Below, in pieces: positions 41,354 to 50,770 of a DNA stretch of 64,000 nt (position 1 is the first letter of the stretch; each line of letters begins with the position of its first letter). The notes under the pieces were generated by a model. It did no database searches. It was not told the origin of the DNA and was given only the letters and a program-made list of their open reading frames with translations. The DNA lies in contig OY771555.1 in NCBI GenBank assembly GCA_963674785.1, positions 448,001-512,000 on the forward strand, read 5' to 3'. Both the position numbers and the translations under genes were made by a program. Origin of the DNA: Caldisericia bacterium (lineage in GTDB: Bacteria; Caldisericota; Caldisericia; JAAYUI01).

Positions 41354-41878
41354 CTAGCTTGCTAGGCCATCTTTCCAGGAAACCTCAAAAACTGACTTTC
41401 CATCTTTTGCATATGTTTGGGTGATTTCAGCTTTTGTGATCACCTTCTTATAAAACCTAAGTAGACCCTCAAGAAGCCCAAGGTGAAATCTTTCATTTAT
41501 GTTGCCGGTAAAAGTGAGTTTCATGAATCCATCATTTAGTTCATCGATAATAAACTCACCGGAGTCATTCCCCTTGTTATTTTCTTTGTAAAACTGTGGG
41601 ATAGGCTTGAAGCCAACTTTTGGATCATTTGACTCAGCAAGCTCGGGCACATTTTGAGAAAGTGCAACACCTGCTTGTCTTCCGGCAATCTGTGGTCCGA
41701 TGTTCCCAGCTTTTTTAGTTAGTGCATCAAAATACTTATTGAATTCCTGATGGGATACCCATTTGCCAACGAGATCATTAAAATCAACATTTGTATTAGA
41801 CCTGCAAAATGACTTGTTCTGTGTGCCAACGACCGAATCAACCATCAAGAATATCTCGCCTCTTATGTATGCATCCAT
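41354..41878 (-). CDS. V4R/H-NOX-like small protein, paralog 2
   Basis: MDAYIRGE..WVSHQEFN..FYKENNKG..FHLGLLEGLLRFY..FEVSW. Confidence 0.7.
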   Translation of the reverse strand: MDAYIRGEIFLMVDSVVGTQNKSFCRSNTNVDFNDLVGKWVSHQEFNKYFDALTKKAGNIGPQIAGRQAGVALSQNVPELAESNDPKVGFKPIPQFYKENNKGNDSGEFIIDELNDGFMKLTFTGNINERFHLGLLEGLLRFYKKVITKAEITQTYAKDGKSVFEVSWKDGLAS

Positions 41879-42077
41879 ATCTCCTCCTTACATAAAAAAA
41901 TTTACCAACTGTTAACATTAAATACAAGTCAGTTTTGATGTAGATAAGGTTATCTCTTTGAGATGATACACATTTCTTTTATGAAAAAATAACATTTCAA
42001 AGGTATAATCTCAAAATTCTCAAAACTGTAAACAAATGGTATCTTTTTGAAGATATATCTAAATATGAAAAACCTAC

Positions 42078-43076
42078 TTAGCAAATTCTTGGGAGAAGTT
42101 CACCTGCAGGTGGTTCGAGAATCCTTGATCCACCAATCTCTGTGATGAGATATGTTTTTCTTTTGTGGTCTTTTGTCGCCAGTCCTATAATCGATGATTT
42201 TGTTCCATGCTCGGTACTTGAAAGCATCAAAACAACTGCATCAGCTATCTCAGGTTTGACAGCAAGAAGCACTCTTCCCTCGCAAGCAAGTGTGAGAGGG
42301 TCTATTCCAAGTGCAGCGCAGATTCCAGAAACATCAGCATCAACAGGAATTCTCTCCTCATGTATTTCAACACCGACATCAGATGAATGGGAGAGTTCTG
42401 AGATTATCGCAGCAAGTCCACCGCGCGTGACATCGCGACAGGTTTTTATGTCCTCGCCAAATTTATCAAAAATTGGAACAAGCATCGAAGAAAGATTGGC
42501 AACATCAGAAACCAGTTCCGATGAGAAACCAAGCTCTTCGCGTTTCGCCATGATAGCTGCACCATGTCTTCCGATACTTCCCGATACAATAAAAAAGTCT
42601 CCTGGCTCAATCCTCGAAGCTGATGGTTTTGCATTTATAAGCTGTGCACCAACTCCGGTTGTAGTAATAAAAATTCCATCGGCACTACCACGTTCTACAA
42701 CCTTGGTATCACCGGTAACAATGGGTACATCACCGGCGGTTTCTTTTATTGAGTATAAAATTTGTTCAAGATCGGTCTTTGAGAAACCCTCTTCAACAAT
42801 CAGCGAGAGTGAGAGTGCAAGTGGTCTTGCACCCATGACTGACAAATCATTTATTGTCCCACACACAGCAAGTTTACCAATATCTCCACCTGGGAAAAAA
42901 ATCGGTTTAACAACAAATCCATCAGTTGTAAATGCAAGTTTTTCATGAGGAAATTTGAGAATTGCAGAATCCTCAAGAGAATTGAGAATCGGATTCCCCA
43001 AAATCGCAACAATCGAATCAATCAGATTTCGGGAGTCGATTCCTCCACCGCCGTGTGAAAGTTTTATTTTATCCAC
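42078..43076 (-). CDS. hypE: Hydrogenase maturation carbamoyl dehydratase HypE
   Basis: LSHGGGG, FTTDGFVVKPIFFPGGDIGKLAVCGTINDL, TGDTKVV, RDVTRGG, C-terminal LPRIC. Confidence 0.96.
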   Translation of the reverse strand: MDKIKLSHGGGGIDSRNLIDSIVAILGNPILNSLEDSAILKFPHEKLAFTTDGFVVKPIFFPGGDIGKLAVCGTINDLSVMGARPLALSLSLIVEEGFSKTDLEQILYSIKETAGDVPIVTGDTKVVERGSADGIFITTTGVGAQLINAKPSASRIEPGDFFIVSGSIGRHGAAIMAKREELGFSSELVSDVANLSSMLVPIFDKFGEDIKTCRDVTRGGLAAIISELSHSSDVGVEIHEERIPVDADVSGICAALGIDPLTLACEGRVLLAVKPEIADAVVLMLSSTEHGTKSSIIGLATKDHKRKTYLITEIGGSRILEPPAGELLPRIC

Positions 43077-43081
43077 AATGT

Positions 43082-43597
43082 TTATTTCAGATAAATCTCT
43101 TCAAATTTTTTTGTAAATTCATCGGGATTATCTTTGAGCATATGCAAAGTGTTGAGGTCGTCTAAATCAGCCCCGCGGTAAATGAAATAATTTATGACGG
43201 TTGATGGTTGAAAGCCGCTTGTGCCGGCAACAAATGTTTCATAGACATATTTAATATCATCTTCTGTGAGTTCATTTTGAGGATTTTGTGCCCAGGTTCT
43301 TCGCTCTTCTTCGATAATTTTCCACTGCTTGCTGGTTGTCATATTTTTCTTCAAAGACACTGAGGCATCCAAGACTTTTTCGGCTTTCATGAATGTTTCA
43401 CAGGCAACCCAAAGGGCAGGCTGGTCGGGAGCTTCCTGAAGCTCCCTCTGGTTCTGATTTGTATTTTTCGACTCTGTTGATTGATTTGTTGTATTATCTG
43501 TAGATTTGTTTGTGTCCACTGGCTCAACCTTTCCGCCACACGAAACAACAAAAAATGCGACCAACAGGACAGTTATGATTACAGTAAATCTTTTCAT
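43082..43597 (-). CDS. Lipoprotein of unknown function
   Basis: RBS GGAGG; signal peptide with lipobox VVS-C; T/N/Q-rich linker. Confidence 0.75.
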   Translation of the reverse strand: MKRFTVIITVLLVAFFVVSCGGKVEPVDTNKSTDNTTNQSTESKNTNQNQRELQEAPDQPALWVACETFMKAEKVLDASVSLKKNMTTSKQWKIIEEERRTWAQNPQNELTEDDIKYVYETFVAGTSGFQPSTVINYFIYRGADLDDLNTLHMLKDNPDEFTKKFEEIYLK

Positions 43598-43688
43598 ATC
43601 ATTCCTCCAAGCTTTCCTACACAATGAGATAATAAATGGTTTCAATTCTTTATCAAGAGAATAAGGACTGTACTCATAAAAAAAGCTA

Positions 43689-44126
43689 TTGCATATGCAC
43701 TTTATTTATGTTAAAATCTCCTTCGTGCCACTTCGAATAAAACATATTGAATCAAGCGGGAGATTGATAAGAGCCGAGAAGAAAATGCAAGCAGGGCATT
43801 TTGGTTCAGCTCTCAAGGATGTTTCAATCTCATTTTATGCTGCCCTTGGACACTACGGAATTCATCTTGAGTCCAATCCGACAAACATAACAGGCTCTGA
43901 TCTATTGAGATTCTGGATTCGCAAGTTTGGAGTAGATGCAAAAAAGTTTTCAAAATTCGAAGTTATAGCCCCAAATGTAAAATTCAATTTTGTTCTTCAA
44001 AGATTCGAACCCACAAAAGAACAAAAAACATTTTTGCTTTCAAAAAACGAAGTCCAATTCTGTTTTGATTTCGCACTTCAATCAATCCTTCAAATCGAGT
44101 CTGAATTTGAAAGATTAATGCGCTGA
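43689..44126 (+). CDS. Hypothetical helical protein (possibly an HEPN-like fragment)
   Basis: 145-aa ORF without a clear RBS; amphipathic helices ending KNEVQFCFDFALQSIL. Confidence 0.4.
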   Translation: MHMHFIYVKISFVPLRIKHIESSGRLIRAEKKMQAGHFGSALKDVSISFYAALGHYGIHLESNPTNITGSDLLRFWIRKFGVDAKKFSKFEVIAPNVKFNFVLQRFEPTKEQKTFLLSKNEVQFCFDFALQSILQIESEFERLMR

Positions 44127-44196
44127 GTTTTTTGAACTAAATCAAATCTTATTCGTTATATATCATACAGACCGCCATCGGAGGAACTTTGATACT

Positions 44197-45321
44197 ATGA
44201 CTTCAAAAAAGGCAAAGATAGTTGCAGATGCTTTTCTTATTTTGGTTTTACTGGTTGGAATAAACCCAGCTTTTACCGTAACAACCGATGCACCTGAAAA
44301 CATCAAGTGGATCAGCAAAACAGTGAATGTTGATGGCAAAGACTACAGACTGAGTTATGTGGAGATTGATGCGAGAAAGGGAGCTGTAGAAATTGGTCTG
44401 GCACTTGCATATCAGCAGATGTGGTATCGAGATGACCCTGATAGGATTGCAAGATTTGTGGGAGCAACAGCTGCAATCAATGGACCATTCCACAATGAAT
44501 CCGGAGGATGGTCACAATACCTTTTTGATTCAACAATTGTAGAAAACGGAAAAGCCATGCATATCTTCAACTCAGGTTCACAATTTTGTGCAACAAAATC
44601 TGGAAACTGGTATTTTGGAAAACTTAGGTTCAAGATGATGGGGGCTGTAAAGGAAAACCTGCTTCCACCATCTCTTAAAACAATTTATGTAAGTGGACTT
44701 AATCAACCAACTGCAAAAAATTCAACGGTTCTCTACACCGATGACTGGAGAAAGGAAACCCCAAGTGATTCAGTAAACGTCGTCATTCAGGGTGGAGTTG
44801 TAACCGATGTTATTACCGGTTCAATCAATATTCCTTGGGGGGCATACGTTCTTTGTTACACTGGAACAAATAGAGAGAGAACCTATAAATCCCGCTGGCC
44901 AAAGGGTTACCTGAGAAAAGGTCTTCATATCAATATCTATTGGGCACCAGAGGCTGGAAATGAGGTAAACCTTGGTGCTTGGAGAAATTGTGAAACAATC
45001 TTCGGTGGTTCACCAACCCTTGTGAAATACGGAAAACCATATTGGAATCTTGAAGCCGACAACCACCAGAATTATTCAGCTTTGTCATACTCATCAAGGA
45101 GAACAGCCTTCGGAATTGATGGGAATGGCAAGGCTTTTTTTGTGAATTTCCTCAATGGTATCAAAGTGCAAGAAATGGGGAAAGTGCTTGTGAAGCTTGG
45201 TGTAAACTACGCCTTCAATCTTGATGGTGGATGTTCAACATATCTTTGGTATGACGATGCCGAGAGAATCGAAAACTGCCGAAACCTCCCTGGGGTTATT
45301 TATGTGAAACCAAGGGAGTAG
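44197..45321 (+). CDS. Phosphodiester glycosidase (NAGPA-like) family protein
   Basis: AAINGPF, GGSPTLVK.G, RRTAFGID, LG..YAFNLDGGCST. Confidence 0.88.
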   Translation: MTSKKAKIVADAFLILVLLVGINPAFTVTTDAPENIKWISKTVNVDGKDYRLSYVEIDARKGAVEIGLALAYQQMWYRDDPDRIARFVGATAAINGPFHNESGGWSQYLFDSTIVENGKAMHIFNSGSQFCATKSGNWYFGKLRFKMMGAVKENLLPPSLKTIYVSGLNQPTAKNSTVLYTDDWRKETPSDSVNVVIQGGVVTDVITGSINIPWGAYVLCYTGTNRERTYKSRWPKGYLRKGLHINIYWAPEAGNEVNLGAWRNCETIFGGSPTLVKYGKPYWNLEADNHQNYSALSYSSRRTAFGIDGNGKAFFVNFLNGIKVQEMGKVLVKLGVNYAFNLDGGCSTYLWYDDAERIENCRNLPGVIYVKPRE

Positions 45322-45389
45322 CTCCCAAGCAAGAACAATCTTGAGTTTTACAATTATGCAAATTAGAATTTTCGTGTGAGATTTCATAA

Positions 45390-45951
45390 AAAGCTGTAAA
45401 TGGTTGTGAGCTTACATACACATTTCCAAGAGAGCTTGAGTTTGTGACATCCAATCCAAAGGTTACTTTTGGTGCAGGAAGTGTGACAGTGCCTGCAGGT
45501 ACTATTAATCCGGGACAGAGTAGTTATTTTGAGTTTGTGTTTAGGGCAAGGAATATTGGTGTTTCAGGTGACGGAACAGCCATGAGCAACACGGCAACAA
45601 TATTTGGTGAAGAGATTAATCCACTCTCAGCAACATCCACAGCCGTCTATAAAGAAAAAAGGGTCAGTAGAGAATTACTTGTTGATATTTCCTGGAATGG
45701 GATTGAGACAAAGAACAGTTCATGTTCTGTCGGAGATGAAATTGAACTCTCGTTTGATATCTCTGGTGGATCTGCTCCATACCAAATAAAGATTGACTGG
45801 GGGGGATGGGGAGAGGTCATTTGTGAGTACTGATAATACAGTGGTGTTATCTCATGTTTGGAATGAGGCTGGGGAGTATGAGGTGATGATTTTTGTGACT
45901 GATATGTTTGGGAAAATGAAAAGCATGGAGAGAATTTTACTAGCAGAATAG
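45390..45951 (+). pseudogene. Orphan DUF11 + PKD C-terminal module fragment with a G7 frameshift
   Basis: TFPRELEFVTSNP..GTINPGQSSYFEF..GGSAPYQIKIDWG; removing one G at 45799-45805 continues DGERSF..GEYEV..DMFGKMKSMERIL*; no N-terminus. Confidence 0.8.
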
Positions 45952-45961
45952 TAGACCGGAG

Positions 45962-46471
45962 TTACCTCCACTCATAGTACAATGCGGTTCTACTGCTTGT
46001 TATCATGCTTTCTTTAAGCTCAGCAGTTTGTATAAACTTATTGTAAAAACGAATGAAGCCTTCACCGACTCCGAGATGGAATCCCTCGTCTAATGGGCTT
46101 GTTGTAATAACATAAACACTGTTGTTTGTGAGGTCTTCGATTCCGAGTTTACCCGAGTTTTTTCCTTTATTGTTTTCAGCATAAATATTTGTCCACGCAT
46201 GAAGCATATTCTCAACAGAGCCTGCCTTAGAAAGTGACCCAAAGAGCTTTTCAACTGTTGGCCCTATCTGTCGACCAACGATTCGGGGTCCAATATGACC
46301 AGCTTTTTGCCTTAAAGCTTGCATATAATTATTGAACTCCATGTGGGGCACCCACGAACCTTCAAGCTTTGTAAAATCCAAAGATGTGTTGTCTCTACAA
46401 TACTGTCTGTACATTTCAGCAGTAAGAGAGTCAGCCATCAACATATGTTCGCCTCTTATGTATGAATCCAT
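45962..46471 (-). CDS. V4R/H-NOX-like small protein, paralog 3
   Basis: MDSYIRGE..WVPHMEFNNYM..SPLDEGFHLGVGEGFIRFYNK..YYEW. Confidence 0.7.
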   Translation of the reverse strand: MDSYIRGEHMLMADSLTAEMYRQYCRDNTSLDFTKLEGSWVPHMEFNNYMQALRQKAGHIGPRIVGRQIGPTVEKLFGSLSKAGSVENMLHAWTNIYAENNKGKNSGKLGIEDLTNNSVYVITTSPLDEGFHLGVGEGFIRFYNKFIQTAELKESMITSSRTALYYEWR

Positions 46472-46690
46472 ATACCCCTCCTAGGTATCCAAATTTTACC
46501 TGAAGTTAACAATTTGTCAAGTGGCAGCAACCCAGAAGATATGAATGTAATTAAAATATTATAGTTATCATTTATGTTGCATAATCCGACATGATCATTT
46601 GTAACTTTGAAAAAACAATTTAGCATTTCCTTCAGAACAAGAAAATCCGTTTTGTTGTAAGATTCACCACTAAACCGATAATTATGGCAT

Positions 46691-48253
46691 ATGGATACAG
46701 ATTTTGAGATAAAAGCATTTCTGGGAATCTTCCCTGCTCCTATTCAAGAAGCGCTTCTAAACCACGGTGAAATTGAGAACCTATATGAAGTGGTAATGGA
46801 TATTGGCAGGAAACCAGAGGCAAGATACAAGGATAAATCGCTGTTCCTTACTGACGGGGTTGTTTCTTTTTTTGATCTCGAGTCAGTGATTTCAAGGGTG
46901 GGAGATTTTGACCGGGATAATCGCTCAGGGATTGAGCGTACACTTCATAGAATCTCAGGAATCATGAACAGGAGAGGAAGACCCGTTGGTCTCACATGCA
47001 GATTTGGTAGAGCAATCGAGGGAGTAATTGATGCCGTAAAGGACGTATTCGAACGAGGCGAATCGGTTCTTCTACTTGGAAGACCTGGTGTCGGAAAAAC
47101 AACAATCCTTCGTGAGGCTGCAAGAGTGCTTGCTGACAAGGCTGGGAAGCGAGTAGTTGTCGTCGATACATCAAATGAAATCGCAGGAGATGGGGATATT
47201 CCTCATGGTGGAATTGGATTTGCCAGAAGGATGCAGGTTCCAATAGGGGTTGAGCAACACACAATCATGATTCAGGCTGTTGAAAACCACATGCCAGAGG
47301 TAATAATCATCGATGAGATTGGGACAGAGCAAGAAGCTGCCGCTTGCAGAACAATAGCAGAGCGTGGTGTTCAGCTTGTGGGGACGGCACATGGTCACAG
47401 TCTTCCAAATCTTTTGATGAACCCAACACTCTCTGATCTTCTTGGTGGTGTCAACTCTGTCATCCTATCTGACGAAGAGGCTTACAGGCGAGGTACCCAA
47501 AAAACAGTTCTTGAGCGTACTGCTCCACCAACATTTGATGTACTCATTGAGATTGCAGACCGTGGTAAATTCGTCATCTATGACAACATCGCAAACACAG
47601 TCGATGAATACCTCAGATATGACAGGCTCAACCCAGAGGTCAGGGTTCGACATTGGGATGGACGAGTTGAAAAAATCAGTAGCCCAGAATCAGTTCCAGA
47701 GCCACTTGAGACAAGAAAAAAAGAGCCAACACCAGAAGAGGAAGCAAAGATAAAAATTAAGCCTGTGAATATCTACACCTTTGGTGTTTCAAAGGATTAT
47801 ATCAGGCGTGCAATTCACCACTTCCATATTAATGCCCAGGTTGTTTCAATCCTTGCTGAGGCAGACATGGTTTTGACAACAAGTTCATATGAACAGAAAA
47901 AACCAAAATCCATAAAAACCGCTCACAGCCTTGAAATCCCAATATATTCTATCCCAAAAAACACACTCTCACATGTCAAAAGGATAATCAAGGGAATCAA
48001 GAGAAATCGCACCCAGCAAGAGGTTGACCAGGCTGCTCTTGATGATGCAATAGAGGTCGTATTTAAAGAAAACAGGTCTGTCAGATTACCCGCTGCACCA
48101 GCATCAGTTCGAAGATTTCAACACAAGTTCGGAGAAAGATTCGGGCTGATCACATCATCAATCGGCAGAGAACCAGACAGGTCAGTGGTATACCATCCAC
48201 CAGATTTTACTGAATTTGAAACGGAGTTTGAAGAAGAAAATGAGAACATCTAA
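46691..48253 (+). CDS. SpoIIIAA/Ycf45-like AAA ATPase with C-terminal R3H domain
   Basis: EVVMDIGRKP, TLHRIS, Walker A GRPGVGKTT, VDTSNEIAG, ENHMPEVIIIDEIG, GTAHG; RRFQH..SIGREPDR. Confidence 0.9.
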   Translation: MDTDFEIKAFLGIFPAPIQEALLNHGEIENLYEVVMDIGRKPEARYKDKSLFLTDGVVSFFDLESVISRVGDFDRDNRSGIERTLHRISGIMNRRGRPVGLTCRFGRAIEGVIDAVKDVFERGESVLLLGRPGVGKTTILREAARVLADKAGKRVVVVDTSNEIAGDGDIPHGGIGFARRMQVPIGVEQHTIMIQAVENHMPEVIIIDEIGTEQEAAACRTIAERGVQLVGTAHGHSLPNLLMNPTLSDLLGGVNSVILSDEEAYRRGTQKTVLERTAPPTFDVLIEIADRGKFVIYDNIANTVDEYLRYDRLNPEVRVRHWDGRVEKISSPESVPEPLETRKKEPTPEEEAKIKIKPVNIYTFGVSKDYIRRAIHHFHINAQVVSILAEADMVLTTSSYEQKKPKSIKTAHSLEIPIYSIPKNTLSHVKRIIKGIKRNRTQQEVDQAALDDAIEVVFKENRSVRLPAAPASVRRFQHKFGERFGLITSSIGREPDRSVVYHPPDFTEFETEFEEENENI

Positions 48254-49955
48254 GTTTTTTGCACCAACACTACGCGAAGTACCCGTCGAAGCGGAGGCAG
48301 TCAGCCACAAACTGATGCTTCGTGCTGCACTCATCAGGAAGCTTTCAGCCGGAATCTACACCCTGCTTCCACTTGGAAAAAAAGTCCTCGAAAACATCAC
48401 AAAGATTGTTCGTGATGAGATGGATGACATCGGATGCCAGGAAATCCTTATGCCTGCACTTCTACCATCTGAACCATGGCAGGAATCTGGAAGATGGGAT
48501 GTTTATGGTGGAGAGATGTTCAGGGTAAACGACCGTAAGGGTCGTGAATTCTGCCTTGGCCCAACACACGAAGAGATTGTCACTCTACATGTCAGAAACG
48601 AACTGAAGTCCTACAAACAGATGCCACTCATGCTCTATCAGATTCAGACAAAATACCGCGACGAGAGGCGTCCAAGATTTGGTGTCATTAGAGCCAGAGA
48701 ATTTTTGATGAAGGACATGTACTCATTTGATGTGGACGAGGAAGCACACGAAAAAAGCTACAAGATTGCATATGACTCATACTGCAGAATCTTTGAAAAA
48801 TGCGGTGTCTCATATATTCCTGTTGAAGCAGATACTGGTGCTATTGGTGGCTCAGCCTCACACGAGTTTGTTGTTGAGGCAGAAAACGGCGAATGCAGAT
48901 TTGCTCACTGCAAGGCATGCGGATATTCAGCAAACACTGAGATTGCTAAAGCCGGCAAAAGAACCGACCTACCAAAAAATGAGGAAGTTGAACTCAAACT
49001 TGTTGATACTCCAAATGCAAAAACAATCGCAGAGGTAGCATCATTTTTAAGCATTAAACCAAAGAAACTCATCAAAGCAATCATCTACAAGGTAGACAAG
49101 GAATTTGTCATGGCGCTTACTCGGGGTGATGATGAAATCTCTGAGGTGAAACTTCAAAAAGCCTTGGGTGCAGGAAGTATTGAGATTGCAACCGAAGAGG
49201 ACACAGCAAAAGTAACAGGCGCACCTGTCGGATTTGCAGGACCTATTGGGTTTGATGGATTCATTGTTGCTGACAATGAACTCATGGACAGTGCCGGACT
49301 TGTTTGTGGTGGAATGGAAAAAGACAAACACTACATGGGTGTTTCACATGGTCGCGACTGGAATCAAAAGGTTTACGCTGACATCCGCGAGGTAAAAGAT
49401 GGTGATACCTGTCCAAACTGCCCAGAAAAAATGGTCATTTCAACAGGGCTTGAGGTCGGACAAACGTTCACGCTTGGGACAAAATACTCAGCACCAATGA
49501 ACTGCAATTTCCTTGATCAGAATGGTAAATCCATGCCAATGATCATGGGTTGTTACGGAATCGGAGTCAGCAGAACAATCGCTGGCGTAATCGAACAAAA
49601 TCATGACGATAAAGGAATCATCTGGCCAGTCAGGATTGCACCATTCAAGGTATGTGTAATCCCTGCAAATGTCAAAGATGAAGCTATCATGGCAGCTGCT
49701 GACAAGCTTTATGACCAGCTAAGGGATGCTGGAATCTCCACAATCATTGATGACAGAAAAGATAGACCAGGTGTAAAATTCAATGACGCTGAGCTTATCG
49801 GATATCCTGTAAGAGTTGTCATAGGAAAAAAACTTGCCGAAAATTTGGTCGAAGTAACTATTCGTAGGACTTGTGAAACTAAACTTATGGAGCCTGAAAA
49901 AGTTTTGGACTTCGTAAAAGATTTCATTAAGGAGAGTCTTTCGACCAATAAATAG
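48240..49955 (+). CDS. proS: Proline--tRNA ligase (with editing insertion domain)
   Basis: PTLRE..SHKLMLRA, LGPTHEE, QTKYRDERRPRFG..REFLMKD, MGCYGIGVSR, DDR..PGVKF. Confidence 0.97.
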   Translation: MRTSKFFAPTLREVPVEAEAVSHKLMLRAALIRKLSAGIYTLLPLGKKVLENITKIVRDEMDDIGCQEILMPALLPSEPWQESGRWDVYGGEMFRVNDRKGREFCLGPTHEEIVTLHVRNELKSYKQMPLMLYQIQTKYRDERRPRFGVIRAREFLMKDMYSFDVDEEAHEKSYKIAYDSYCRIFEKCGVSYIPVEADTGAIGGSASHEFVVEAENGECRFAHCKACGYSANTEIAKAGKRTDLPKNEEVELKLVDTPNAKTIAEVASFLSIKPKKLIKAIIYKVDKEFVMALTRGDDEISEVKLQKALGAGSIEIATEEDTAKVTGAPVGFAGPIGFDGFIVADNELMDSAGLVCGGMEKDKHYMGVSHGRDWNQKVYADIREVKDGDTCPNCPEKMVISTGLEVGQTFTLGTKYSAPMNCNFLDQNGKSMPMIMGCYGIGVSRTIAGVIEQNHDDKGIIWPVRIAPFKVCVIPANVKDEAIMAAADKLYDQLRDAGISTIIDDRKDRPGVKFNDAELIGYPVRVVIGKKLAENLVEVTIRRTCETKLMEPEKVLDFVKDFIKESLSTNK

Positions 49956-50705
49956 ATGGATGTTGCAGTAATTATTCCGGTTTACAACGAAGAAATAGGG
50001 ATTGGTGGCGTTTTAGAGTGTGTGAAAAAAGCCACCATCCCAAATGAAATAATTGTAGTTTCAGATGGGTCAACTGACAAAACTGTAGAGATTGCAAAAA
50101 GCTTTGAGGGAGTCAAAGTCTTTGAGCAACACCCAAACCAGGGCAAGGCTGCTGCAATGAGCAGAGGTATCCACGAAACCGAAGCTGAAATCATTCTTTT
50201 CCTTGATGGCGACCTCGTAAATCTCAGATCAAAAGATGTCGACGCACTCATCAAACCTGTTTTAAAAGATGAAGCGGATGTCACGATTGGTCTTTTTTCA
50301 GGTGGACGCTTTTCAACTGACTGGATTCAAAAAGTTTTCCCGTTTTTGACCGGTCAAAGGTGCATCAGACGTTCGATGTGGGTGAAGGCAAAAATCGATG
50401 AGGACATCGGTTTTGGCGTCGAGGTGATGTTGACAAAATACATCGCCGCAAACAACCTTCGTGTTGAAAACGTTCTTCTTAAGGGTGCAACACACCTTCT
50501 CAAAGAGGAAAAAGCAGCTGAGGGTAAAGCTGTTAACGGATTTGCAAGAAGAATGAAAATGGCCTGGGAGGTCAGCAAACTCATGCTCACCCCTCCACCC
50601 GCCGAATACAAACAAGACAAAAAGAACAACAAAAAGAAGAAAAAGAATGGGAAGAATGGGTTTTGGAATAAAAAGGAAAAGGATAACCCATCCTCAAATT
50701 CATAA
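49956..50705 (+). CDS. Glycosyltransferase family 2
   Basis: VIIPVYNEE, VVSDGSTD, NQGKAAA, FLDGD, GQR; Lys-rich tail. Confidence 0.9.
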   Translation: MDVAVIIPVYNEEIGIGGVLECVKKATIPNEIIVVSDGSTDKTVEIAKSFEGVKVFEQHPNQGKAAAMSRGIHETEAEIILFLDGDLVNLRSKDVDALIKPVLKDEADVTIGLFSGGRFSTDWIQKVFPFLTGQRCIRRSMWVKAKIDEDIGFGVEVMLTKYIAANNLRVENVLLKGATHLLKEEKAAEGKAVNGFARRMKMAWEVSKLMLTPPPAEYKQDKKNNKKKKKNGKNGFWNKKEKDNPSSNS

Positions 50706-50770
50706 ATTGTTCATTTATTCTTTCATCTATCTGTTGAATAAGCAATAGCAAACAATAAAATAATCTTATC

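Noticed and set aside
42142-42948. 268-aa plus-strand ORF (and similar antisense ORFs at 20323, 36661, 52252 and 59447)
   Set aside because: Shadow ORFs antisense to well-supported genes, Ser/Pro/Ile-rich with no motifs
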